Positions 47,564-58,055 of a stretch of DNA of 64,000 bases are shown here, piece by piece. The stretch lies in the IMG/VR virus record IMGVR_UViG_3300021559_000316. One strand, given 5' to 3'. The stretch's first letter is position 1; every line of letters begins with the position of its first letter. This stretch comes from an uncultured virus (IMG/VR IMGVR_UViG_3300021559_000316) (taxonomy: Duplodnaviria; Heunggongvirae; Uroviricota; Caudoviricetes). A model generated the notes under the pieces. That model saw only the letters and a program-made list of their open reading frames with translations, did not search any database and was not told the DNA's origin. Both the position numbers and the translations under genes were made by a program.

Positions 47564-50500
47564 TCCGCTCATACACGCGCGACGGAGAGAAGCCGTGAGC
47601 GCCCGACAGAAGCCGCTCCACCAGGAGGTCGCGAAGTTCGTCGAGTGGCACCTCGGCCGCGGCTGCTTCGCACCGCATACCGGCCAGGACTGGCCAGCGT
47701 GGCGCGGCTTCGTCTACCTCGTCGAATGCTACAGCCACGGCGGCGGCGAGGCCGCGATCGCGGCGATGCGCGCGACGGTGCGCTGCGCGCAGCCGCACGG
47801 CCTCGTCCTTCGGACGTTCGTGCAGGCGATCCCGGCCGTCATGGACTGGGGCGATGTGCGACGGCTGTGGCCGCAGATCGCCGAGGGGATCCAGATCGAA
47901 CGCGATGTTTACACCCCGTCGATCGACGCGAGGGAGCTGCACGCGATCGAAAGAACGATCCTCAGTGACAAAAGCGAGCGTATCGCTCACCACGGATGGC
48001 TGCGCGACGAAAATCGCGCACTGCCCCGGACGATCATCGGGATGGAGGGCCAAGCCTTCCGCGGGGAGAAACCGTGAAGCTCTCCGCCAAGGAGCACCGC
48101 GCGCTCGCCGTATTTGCCAAGCCGACCGGCCAGCGCCACTACGGCAACGTCCACGGCCGCACGATCCACGCGCTCGAGCGAAAGGGGCTCGTCGGCTACA
48201 TCCGCGGCGGACGCCAGCTCACGCCCGCGGGCATCCGCGAGCTCGCCGCCGTGCCGAACATCTTCGACGACCTGTTCGAGAAGAAGGAGCAAACGATGCC
48301 TGTCACCAAGACCGCCAAGGCTGCCGCCGCGATCACGCGGCTGCACACGCTGACCAACGTCGAGATCGACGCACACCCGCTGCTCGATCACGAGCAGAAG
48401 AAGCTCTGCAAGATCTTCCGCGACAAATCCAAGAAGGACGGCGACGAGTTCACGATGCTCGATTTTGCCAAAATCGCGCTCCGCGCGACCGGCAACGACT
48501 ACGCCGAGGCCGGTAGTGACGAGCAAGCCGTCATCTGCGACGCCGCGCACCGCCGCGCCGCGCTGCTCTACGCGTACGAGGCGCTCAAGCACGGACCGAA
48601 GATCATCACCGAGACGATCGAGAAGCGGGGCACGTTGCGTGACATCGAACTCCTCGCGAGTCACGGATGAGCTACGACGACGATCATCAGCACTGGTCGC
48701 CCTTCGACCGCGCGCAATCGGCCGCCGCCGATCTTCGCTTCATGCTCTCCATGCACGGTTCGAAGGATCAAGTTCGGGACGCGATCGGTCCCAGCAACTA
48801 CACCCGCGCCTTCGAGTACCTCGACTGCGTCGACAAGAATCTTCTGGTCCTCCAGAAGCACGTCGACGCGCTGATCCAGGTCATCGAGCGCGTCGCGCCG
48901 AATGCCCTGGACGACGAGAGGGTCACGCGGGCGCGCGTCGAGGCGGGACTCGTCGATCACGAGGAGACCGCGCAGTGACGAAGGTCGCTTCCGTATTCCA
49001 AGACGCGATCGGTCAGCGCGTCAAGTTCATCAACTTCGCTCGCCTGCCAACCGCCGAACCACGTATGGAGATCTCGATCTCCGCCGTACGCGGGTACTTC
49101 GTGATCAGCGATTGCTCGCCGATCACCAACGCGGAGGCCGACGCGATCCGGGGGAGCACGATCGAGCGCCTCGTCGTCGAGATCAACGACGACGTCGAGA
49201 AGCACAATCTTCCCGCGTGTCTCTCGATCACCGTCGAGGGTGGCGCCTCGCTCGAGCTCACCGTCTACGCACCGATTTACTACATGAACAGAGACACGCA
49301 GATGTTCGAGCGCTTCCCCGTGCCGATGCACTTGAGGGACGATCAGACCGGGTACGGCAATCCCTTCGGGAACTGGTGACGATGACGGCGAAGGTCCCAC
49401 AGATGGTAGGTGATAGCTACGCCGACATCTTGGTCTGGACCTGGGACCGATCGCGCATGCACTACGAGACCAAGCACGAGGGCACCGTCCTTCGCGTCTT
49501 GTTCCACAAGATCGGCGGCCGGTGGAGTCGGACCCTGCCGAGCGGCAAGCCGAACCCGAGCAATCGGCGGAGCTACTGGACGATTTCGATGCAGCCGCCC
49601 GATACGTACCCAGAGCGTCCGATCGATCGCTACGACAGCGCGGAGGCCGCGAAGGAGGCCGTCGCGGAGATGTACCGAAAGTACTTGCGCGGACACGCGG
49701 CGCTCTACCAGGGGCGGTCATGAAGATCCCGCCTAAGAGCATCGTCATAGAGCTGCCCTCCGACGTGGTGCGCGCGATCGACGCGTACCTCGACACCGAC
49801 TGGCGCAGCTGCGACTCGATCGCGCCGTTGAACGCGGTCGCATTTATCGGCGAGCGCGTCGCGGCGATTCGCAAGACGAGCCGTCGGAGGCACAAGTGAG
49901 TCGCGGCAAGAAGATCGGCAAGCTCGTCGTCATGCTCGATCGCGTAGTCCAGAAGGTCCGCTGGGGTGGCAACAGCGATCATCGCGCCGAGTTCACGGTC
50001 GACCTCCGATTCGACTTCCATACCGGCGATTTCCACGTCGAGCACGACGGCAAGTGGTACACGGCCAAGACCAAGGAGGCGCTCGAGGGCAAGGTCAAGA
50101 AGGCCGTCGAGCGTACGATCGATCTCGTGTGGGATCGCTACATCGTCGTCCACTACGAGGCAACAGCCAAGCCGCTCGAGCTGGGCACGAACGCGCCGAG
50201 CACCTCGACCGGCAACATCTACGACATCAATTCGGATCGCGCCAAGATGGAAGGCTGGCGCGGCAAGAAGTCCAGGAGCGTGATCGCCGGCATCGATCTC
50301 ACCTGGGAGCTTCGCGACTACACCAGGCCGTGGACCCGTCCCGAGAGCGGTAAGATCGTACGGAGCAAGCGCGACGTCGACTACTGGGAGAGCGACGAGG
50401 GCAAGATCACGGAGCACCTCGGCGATCCAATCGAGCTGGACGACGACGAGCTGCCGACCGGCGCCGTGCTCTGGTCGAAAGATCGCGAGCAACTCCTCCA

Positions 50501-52421
50501 CGACATCTTGAAGATGCTCGCCGATCTAGATCGCCGGATGGTCGAGTTGTTCCGCGGCGACGCCGAAGCGCTCGCCGGCAAGCTCGACGTGCTCAGCTTC
50601 GACCCGCAGCGCCTGCTCGCCGCGCCACCGGCCGATTTGAAGCCGGCCAAGCGCGAGAAACGGAAACACCCATGAGCCACGAGCACCGCCGATGATCAAG
50701 AAGCACCTCATCTTCTTCGGCCAAGCCGCCACGCACGCGTGCGATGGGCGCTGCGACAAGGCGTGGGGCCACAACAGTCGACCAACCGTGCAGCTCTCCG
50801 ACGACGTCGACGACTACGCGTACCTCGCGGACGATGAGCTCGGCGAGGCACCGAAAGATCCGGGCACGTACGAGGGCGACGACGCCAAGCCGATCAGCGC
50901 GCGGGGATCGGACGACGTCAACCGCTGGTGCGTGCGCGAGTGTGAGCGCGCGTGGATCAGCCCGCCCAAGGAGCCGGACGCGGCGCCTGATCTGCCGGAC
51001 TTCTCGGTCCGCTTCTACAACAAGGCGCCGCACAGGAGATCTCCATGACTGCCGATCGGCACGTCATCTGCGAGATCGAGCACGTTCATTCGTCGCTCAC
51101 GCCCCACGGCGGCTTCCGCGCGCGCTGCCTGTGCGGCTGGGGATCCGACTGCTACGCGCAGTACAGCGACGCGCAGCGCGCCGGCGAGGTCCACGATCGC
51201 CGCGCGAATCGCCTCGACTTCGACGTGCTGATCGATCGGAGCTCGATCGGCACGGCGATCCGCGACATCAAGGAGCGCGGCATCGACGCCCACGCGGAAG
51301 ATCTCGCACGATCGATGAAGCCGCGTAGAAGGAAGCATCAGCGATGAAGCTCCTCACCCTCGCCGAGTGGCAGAAGCTTCCACCGTTCCAGCAGGGCTGG
51401 GCGCTTTACATGCAAGCGAGCTGGCCAGGATCCGAACTAATCGGCGAGTCGTGTCCGTACGGCCTCGGCTCGAGAGAGCGACGACAGTTCTTTGAGGGCG
51501 AGCGCGCCGCCGTGCTCGCCGCCCAGGATTCGGAGGAATAGATGCCCATCGTGAAACTCACCGCGAAGGAGAAGAAGGCCGGCGTCGACCTGCGCGACGT
51601 GCTCGGCCCGCGCGCCGCACCGAAGGGTAACGACAGCCCAGTCATCAGTGACGCGACGACCCGCGCATCTCGCCGCTTCACCAACGTCAGCTTCGACGTC
51701 AGCCTACCCGTCGCCAAGGCGTTACGTGTCCTGCGCGACACGGGCTTCTTCGGCACCGGCGACTGCGCGTCGGTCGCCGAGGAGCTGCTGCGCCGCGCGC
51801 TGCTTTCGCCGAGCGTCATCGAGCACTGGAAGAAGCCGTGAGCAAGAAGCACGAGCGGAACTTGCGCTACCTGGCCCGCGCCGAGGCGTACGCGCGGATC
51901 GCCGCCGAGGCGCTGCACCAGGCGGGCGTCTCGATCTCGCAGTTGGAAATCGGACCCTCCGCCGATCAGGCGCAGTTCACGTACGACGAGGCCAAACACC
52001 GCATGCGCGAGCTCGAATCGGAGATCGGCAAGCTGGAGAGTTTGGTGTGCTCGTCATGATCACGAGGAGGAAGCCGTGAAGCCGCTCAAGCCCATCGACG
52101 AGTTCAAGGAAACGGTGCGCCGCGAGATCGCCAGGAATCCCGCTCAGTCGATTTTGGACGTCCTCGGCCAGCCGCTGTGCGAGGAGATCATCGGCGCCAG
52201 GACGAGCCAACTCGTCATATGGATCGGGGACGATGAGGCCCTCATCGATCTCGTCTGCAAGACGCTCGATCTTGATCTGGCGACCGATCGCGGCAAGCTC
52301 ACGATCACCGCGGCGGCGGCCCTCGCGTGCCAGGTGCTCGACGAGCGGCTGCCGATCCCGTCCGATCACCGCGAGTGGAAGGAAGGCGTGACGTCGTGAC
52401 TCAAGCCGAGCCGAGCAAGGA

Positions 52422-52604
52422 GTGGACGAATCGATGAGCCGCAGGGCGATCGATGTCTCGTGCAGCGTCTGCGGCGCCAGCCCCGGCATGCGCTGCACGA
52501 TCGCGCCGGGAAACCGGTGTGTCGGGATGTTTCACATCGAGCGCGTGCGTGCGGCCGCTATGCAAACGCGCGAGGAGAATCTCCAACGAGGACGAAAACA
52601 ATGA
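52422..52604 (+). CDS. phage Zn-finger protein
   Basis: CSVCGASPGMRC...HIERV. Confidence 0.7.
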   Translation: MDESMSRRAIDVSCSVCGASPGMRCTIAPGNRCVGMFHIERVRAAAMQTREENLQRGRKQ

Positions 52605-53636
52605 CCCGCGGGGCCTGCGCGCGCTGCGGTTGCGCGTACCACGAGTGCGAATGCCAGGACGGCCGCCCGACGTCTCACCCGCACCTCCTGCCGGCATCCG
52701 CCTACCCGCTGACGATCAAGATCGTCTCGGGTACGACGGGCAAGATCGTGTGGAGCCGGAAGATCGATCTGGTCGAGGCCAAGACACTGGCCAAGATCGA
52801 GATCCCGAGCTTCAAGGACACCGAGCACTACCCCGTCCGTACCGAAATCGAGTACGCGGACGGCACGAAGGAAGTCGGAGGCATGGAATGATCGAGAAGC
52901 GCGTCCTATTCACAAACCTCTGGTACGTCTCGATCGGAGACGTCCGCACGAACTGCTACGCGCTCCTACTCGAGCACGACGACGATCCACTTCAACGCGG
53001 AACGCCGCGCTGCCAGTTGCGCGGCTTCGGCACCGAGGCCGCGTGGCCCGTGTTTGACGTACGCGTCCCCACGCTCACGTACGAGATCCGCACCGATCGT
53101 GGCGATCACCTCGTTATCCCGGGCGGTCCTGAGATCCTGCTCTGGCGCGACACCCAGGAGCAGCCGATCTGCATCCAGACGTTCGAGTGGGACTCCGCCG
53201 ACAACGAGCGGGGGCATCGCTTCAGCGAGATCTGGACCGCGCTCGAGTCGAGTGTCGCCCGCCACTGGCACACGCCGTACATGCCGCGCCTCGTCCACAT
53301 GGAGCCGGCACGAGCGCTCAAGCTGCCGTCGCGGGCGGCGAGCTGGGGGAGCCCATGAGCCGGACAGATCTCGACAATGCCGCGATCGAGTGGGCCCGCC
53401 GCGATCGCGCGTGCGACGATCGCGCCGCCGAGCTGAACCAGATCGAGGAGGCGATCGTCAGGATCGCGCCGCGGAGGTCCGAGGCACTCCTCGCCGACCG
53501 CGAGGGCGCCGTCGTCACGCTGCGCATCGCGTGCAAGGAGGAAGAGCGCGCGCGGCACGCGCTCGAAGATGCTTCCAAGAGGCTACTCGACGAAGAGGAA
53601 GCAGTAGCAGGAGCCACCCATAACGAGGAGTGAGGC

Positions 53637-53858
53637 GTGAAGCGATTCAACGGCGTGAAGGTGTTCTCGGCCACCATGGTCGAGCAGCGACAGAGACTCG
53701 GCGATATGGTCACCGACTGGATCGCCAAGCATCCCGACTGCGAGATCGTCGACATGACGGTGACGCAGTCATCCGACAGCGCGTTCCACTGCATCGCGAT
53801 CTGCGTCTGGTACTGGGATCCGCAAGCGGCGGCGCGAACGATCGGAGCAAAGCGATGA
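53637..53858 (+). CDS. small myxobacterial-type conserved protein, copy 2
   Basis: FNGVKVFSATM...TVTQSSDSAFHCIAI. Confidence 0.8.
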   Translation: MKRFNGVKVFSATMVEQRQRLGDMVTDWIAKHPDCEIVDMTVTQSSDSAFHCIAICVWYWDPQAAARTIGAKR

Positions 53859-54219
53859 CAGACGGGAGCTGGGCCGAATTCGAGAGCGCACAACTCTCGC
53901 TAGAGGCGCGCTTCCGCGCGGCCGAAGTCCGCGCGATCCTCCAGCGCGACGCCCCCGATCTCGTCGAGGACGTCACCGCGATCGAAGAAGGCGGTGTCAG
54001 CCTCGGCTACGAGAGCACGACGATCGGACGCGAGATCGTCTTCCTCATCCCGGCCAAGATAAAGATCGGCGTTCCGGGAGGTCTCTACTTCATCGCGAGA
54101 GGGACGGATTTCCGACGCGCCGGCATCGTACTCGAGTCCGATCTACAGATCGGCATCTCGAGCCTCGTGCGCTGGGGCACGGGAGCGGAGGCCGATCTCT
54201 CCGCGGAGGGCCTCGACTC

Positions 54220-54864
54220 ATGACGATCATCTTGCACGTCGAGGACGATCCCGAGATCGCGCGCGCGGCCAAGCGATGGCTGCGTCGCGTCTTCTCGGAC
54301 GCCGCCGTCATCCACGCCGACAACGCCGCCGAGGCGATGCGCATCATCGAGCGCACCGATCTCGATCTCGTCCTCTCCGACTACGATCTCGGCATGGGGG
54401 CAAACGGCGGCGCCGTCCTCACCTTCGTGCGCGACGTCAAGCCCGAGCTCGAGAAGCACTTCGTCTTCTTCTCGGCGTCGCACGAGGCCCGCAGGATGAT
54501 CAAGCAGGCCGGACACTTCATCGAGAAGCCGTCCGAGTACGAGGCGTTCGCCACCGTGGTCCGGGCCGCCGCGCGAAACGCCGCGGCGATCACGGACGTC
54601 GAGAAGCTCGCCCGCTGCGCCGGCTGCCGCGACGACTTCTACAACGGCAAGAATCCGCTCAACGTGAAGCGGTGCTGGTCGTTCGAGAGCGCTGAGTTGG
54701 TGATTCGCTGGCGGCTCGGCACGTGGATCCAACCGACTCAGCCGGGGGCATTCACCGAGGTCGAGACGCTCAGCTGCCACCACGGCGAGGGCTACCACCA
54801 CTACAAAGAGCTGCCCGACGTCGCGATCGATCCAGTGCGGCTGCGCATCAAGGAGTCGCGATGA
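54220..54864 (+). CDS. response-regulator receiver domain fused to a Cys-rich domain
   Basis: LHVEDD, VLSDYDL (phospho-Asp), FFSA, IEKP; C-terminal CAGCRDDFYNG...CW. Confidence 0.85.
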   Translation: MTIILHVEDDPEIARAAKRWLRRVFSDAAVIHADNAAEAMRIIERTDLDLVLSDYDLGMGANGGAVLTFVRDVKPELEKHFVFFSASHEARRMIKQAGHFIEKPSEYEAFATVVRAAARNAAAITDVEKLARCAGCRDDFYNGKNPLNVKRCWSFESAELVIRWRLGTWIQPTQPGAFTEVETLSCHHGEGYHHYKELPDVAIDPVRLRIKESR

Positions 54865-55112
54865 GCGACGCTGACTTCATGGAATGCGCGGCGTGCCGCG
54901 CCAAGCCCGGAGCGCCGATGCTGTGCCAGGCATGCCTGCACAACCGGCGGCTGGTCGGCGAGCTACGCGCCGAGATCGAGCGCATGCGACCGGTGTACGA
55001 GATTGCATGCGGGCGCTGGCGAACCGGCCATGCGGCGCAGGTGGGATCGTGGCCGTTTCAGCGAGAGCTTGCAGGCGCCGTCGATGCCGCGCTGGCGAAA
55101 GAGCCGCGATGA
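54861..55112 (+). CDS. ERMRP-family paralog
   Basis: CAAC...LRAEIERMRPVYE...AVDAALAKEPR. Confidence 0.75.
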   Translation: MSDADFMECAACRAKPGAPMLCQACLHNRRLVGELRAEIERMRPVYEIACGRWRTGHAAQVGSWPFQRELAGAVDAALAKEPR

Positions 55113-55405
55113 GCGACGCGCTGTGCGACATCCACGACCGCCGCGACACGCGCGGGCAATGCTCGTGTTCGCTGATCGTCAGCGAGCTGCGCGCTGAGGT
55201 GGTGAAGCTCAAGGCAGAGAAGGCGATGCTCGCCGAGACCATGAATGAGGCAGTAAAGCGCTACCTCGCTGACGAGAAGGAGAATGAGCGCATGCGGCCG
55301 GTGTACGAGATCGCGTGCGGACGCTGGCGAACCGGTCACGCAGCACAAGTAGGAAGTTGGCCGTTTCAGCAGGCGCTCGCCGCCGCCGTCGACGCCGCGC
55401 TCGCC
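54978..55405 (+). repeat. 120-bp diverged direct repeat (54978-55097 and 55286-55405)
   Basis: Encodes ERMRPVYEIACGRWRTGHAAQVGSWPFQ..LA.AVDAALA, 37/40 aa identical, mostly synonymous differences. Confidence 0.9.
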
Positions 55406-55540
55406 AGCGAGACGAAGCCGCCGTTCAACGGTTCGCCGCATCACTTCGTCGGTGAGCACGACTGCGAGATCTGCGGCGAAGGATATTGCCACTACCACCA
55501 CGCGCCGAATCACGCCAGCGAAGCGAAGGAGCCGAAGTAA
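55109..55540 (+). CDS. ERMRP-family paralog
   Basis: KLKAEKAMLAETMN plus ERMRPVYE module; ends SEAKEPK. Confidence 0.75.
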   Translation: MSDALCDIHDRRDTRGQCSCSLIVSELRAEVVKLKAEKAMLAETMNEAVKRYLADEKENERMRPVYEIACGRWRTGHAAQVGSWPFQQALAAAVDAALASETKPPFNGSPHHFVGEHDCEICGEGYCHYHHAPNHASEAKEPK

Positions 55541-55776
55541 TGCTGATCTATACGCTCTGGCACGAAGGCGATCCAGGCGACGTGCCCTGGCTCGCCGACG
55601 CCGTCGACGAATACACGGTCGACAACAACGGTGAATTCCCGCCGGACTACGCGAATAAGCGCGTCGACGCCATGCACCGTGAGCTGATCATCGACGTACC
55701 ACTGACAGCGGTGCAAGCGCTGTTTGATTCACCCACCGTCAAAGCGCGGGTCGTCGTCGCGAAGGAACCAAAGTGA
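55540..55776 (+). CDS. hypothetical protein
   Basis: TAATG coupling; ends AKEPK. Confidence 0.7.
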   Translation: MLIYTLWHEGDPGDVPWLADAVDEYTVDNNGEFPPDYANKRVDAMHRELIIDVPLTAVQALFDSPTVKARVVVAKEPK

Positions 55777-56138
55777 CTGACGATGATCCCATTCATCTGG
55801 CACGCACCGTCATTGACAAGTACGGCGCCGCCGCTGACAAGCCAAGCGCTCGCTTGGCGAAGGCGCTGCTCGACGGTGCGCACGAGCGCGACGCCCTGCG
55901 CGCCGAGATCGAGCGACTGCACCGAACTGACGAGATGGACCATCGCGGTGTGCTGGTCGACAAGCTTCGCGCCGAAGTCGAGCGCATGCGACCGGTGGTG
56001 CACGCCGCGAGGCTCTGGTTCAAGGTCCACGGCGAGAATCCGGGCGTCCACCCCGATTCCAACTGCCGCCACGCCGACAACCAACTTGGCGTGTTCGTCG
56101 ATCGCTATGAGACCAGCGAAGCGAAGGAGACGCGATGA
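55773..56138 (+). CDS. ERMRP-family paralog
   Basis: ERDALRAEIERL...LRAEVERMRPVV; ends SEAKETR. Confidence 0.75.
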   Translation: MTDDDPIHLARTVIDKYGAAADKPSARLAKALLDGAHERDALRAEIERLHRTDEMDHRGVLVDKLRAEVERMRPVVHAARLWFKVHGENPGVHPDSNCRHADNQLGVFVDRYETSEAKETR

Positions 56139-56458
56139 AGGAGATCAAAGATTGGCGCGCGCGGTGCGAGAGCATGCGTCGCTGGCAAGGTGACAGCCAC
56201 GGTGATCCGTTGACTTGCGACGAGGCGATCACGCTGCTCGACGAGGTGGAGCGGTTGCGAGCCGAGGGTGACGCCCTGCGCACCCAGATGAAGAAGCTCA
56301 AAGCGGAGAAGTCAATGCTCGCCGAAACGATGAACGACATGCGGCCGGTGTTCGAGGCGGCGAAGGCCGTTCGTGACGATCTACATTCAGTGCGAGGATT
56401 CTGGATCGTCCGGTTGCGCGACGCCGTCGATGCCGCGATTGCGAAGGGGCAGCGATGA
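56135..56458 (+). CDS. ERMRP-family paralog
   Basis: KLKAEKSMLAETMNDMRPVFE...AVDAAIAKG. Confidence 0.75.
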   Translation: MKEIKDWRARCESMRRWQGDSHGDPLTCDEAITLLDEVERLRAEGDALRTQMKKLKAEKSMLAETMNDMRPVFEAAKAVRDDLHSVRGFWIVRLRDAVDAAIAKGQR

Positions 56459-56967
56459 GCATCGATCTCGATGATCCGCCCGAAGCCGCGCGGCCGTACG
56501 TCGATCTATACGAGCGCGTGAAACAGGAGCGCGACGCCCTGCGCGCGGCGAACGCACGCACGCGCACGTGCGCGCGCTGCCAATCGACCGGCGCCGGCAA
56601 CATCGATTTCCACTGCGCGACGTGCTGGCGGAACCTCGAAGCGGAGCGCGACGCCCTGCGCGTCGAGAACGAGAAGCTACGCGGCGCCGTGCTGAGGCCG
56701 CTCGACACGAGCGACGTGATCGCCGCACTGCACGAGGGCCATGCCGAGCGGAAGGTCGCCGAGCACGACAACGCGTGGACGTCGCTGATGCGCCAACGCG
56801 ACGAGGCGCGCGCTGAAGTCAAGCGCATGCAGCCGGTGTACGCGTGGGCCAAATCATTCCGACGCGTCGTGCCGAACCATGGCGACTGGCCGGACGATGA
56901 GCAGCAGGAGGCGCTCGACAATCTCTACGCGAGCATCGACGGCGCGATCGCGAAAGAGCCGCCGTGA
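56455..56967 (+). CDS. ERMRP-family paralog
   Basis: ERDALR x2, AEVKRMQPVY...IDGAIAKEPP. Confidence 0.75.
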   Translation: MSIDLDDPPEAARPYVDLYERVKQERDALRAANARTRTCARCQSTGAGNIDFHCATCWRNLEAERDALRVENEKLRGAVLRPLDTSDVIAALHEGHAERKVAEHDNAWTSLMRQRDEARAEVKRMQPVYAWAKSFRRVVPNHGDWPDDEQQEALDNLYASIDGAIAKEPP

Positions 56968-57638
56968 GCGACGACGACGATCCCGAGTACCACATCGCGT
57001 ACGACGTCGATCAATGCAAGGTCGGCTGCATCCTGATCCAGGCAGCGCTCGGCTGCGACGTACCGCGCGATCTCTTCTTCGATTACTTCGGTACGGGCGA
57101 GGCGTGGACGGTCAACGCGAGGGACTGCAAAATCTACCCGATCCGCCACAGCCAGCTGCCGCTGCTCGCCGCGCGCACCGACTTCACAAGGCGTGATGAC
57201 GTATGACTTCGGTATTACGCAAGTCATACTTTATGAAGACTCCGTGACGAAGATTTCCTTCCACACCGTGGCGCTTGGGACCCGGGTCGTGGGTCACCCA
57301 CCCTCGTACATGTCGATACTTGGGGCTCCGAGCATCGGCACGCCGCGCGCATCTGGAGAGGGCATGCTGCGCTCCTACGCGACCATCAACTTCCTCTTCC
57401 GCGGCGGTCAGATCGTCTTCGAGGCGATCTGGCGGCCGTCGTACGCCCACAAGGCGCACCGCAGCGCGTACTGCCTCGGCCGCTTCCCGACCAAGGCCGC
57501 CGCGATCGCCGCGTGCGAGCGCGTCGCCACGCACGAGCACTCGACCCTCACGATCATCGCCGGCGATCAGCCGCGCGGCGTCCGCCGGCGCGGATCGACG
57601 ATCACGCGCGCCGAGGCCGTCTCCGGGACGGTGTGGTC

Positions 57639-58055
57639 GTGAGCGCGCTGTCGATGTTGCTCGGCGCCGCATTCGTCGTGATCGGCGTGCTCGCCGCCGC
57701 CCTCGCCGACCGCATCCGCGGCCTGCGCGTCGCGCGACCGCAAGATCGGGCCACGCGCTCCGAGCCGATCGCCGCGCCGGAGATCTCCCACGCGCGGGGA
57801 TCGCGGGGCAAGGCGCCCGAAGATCGCATCGCGATCCCGATCATCTCGCAGGGGGCGACGATCATCTCGCAGGGACCAACGACCGATCGCGAGAAGACGA
57901 TGGGCACCGACGTCGTCGCCGCGCTCGTCGGCGCCGGCTACAAGAAGTACGTCGCGCACAGCGCGGCGTGGAGCTGCGACGCGATCGAGCGCGCGTCGGT
58001 CGAAGCGTGGACCCGCGCGGCGCTCCGCCGCGCCTCGCAGGGAGTGTCGCCGTGA
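57639..58055 (+). CDS. N-terminal TM helix fused to a RuvA C-terminal (domain III)-like domain
   Basis: MLLGAAFVVIGVLAAALA; DVVAALVGAGYKK...VEAWTRAALR; GTGA-coupled to ruvB. Confidence 0.7.
   Translation: MSALSMLLGAAFVVIGVLAAALADRIRGLRVARPQDRATRSEPIAAPEISHARGSRGKAPEDRIAIPIISQGATIISQGPTTDREKTMGTDVVAALVGAGYKKYVAHSAAWSCDAIERASVEAWTRAALRRASQGVSP

Larger units (their letters stand above)
47595..54223 (+). other. array of about 20 coupled small hypothetical ORFs
   Basis: e.g. 47595..48077, 48074..48670, 48667..48978, 49896..50675, 50692..51048, 51045..51347, 51542..51841, 52076..52399, 52888..53358. Confidence 0.75.

Noticed and set aside
48957..50501. Long antisense ORFs (this one, 60199..61833, 14982..16097, 30349..31461 and similar)
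   Set aside because: Expected antisense shadows of high-GC3 genes, with no motifs, overlapping better-supported genes
54978..55405. 120-bp repeat pair as a DGR template and variable repeat
   Set aside because: Differences are mostly synonymous and not adenine-specific, and there is no reverse transcriptase in the window
57275..58051. 592-aa ORF as an N-terminally extended RuvB
   Set aside because: The extension is an Arg-rich shadow frame over 57193..57642 and 57639..58055; RuvB homology starts at the GTG at 58052
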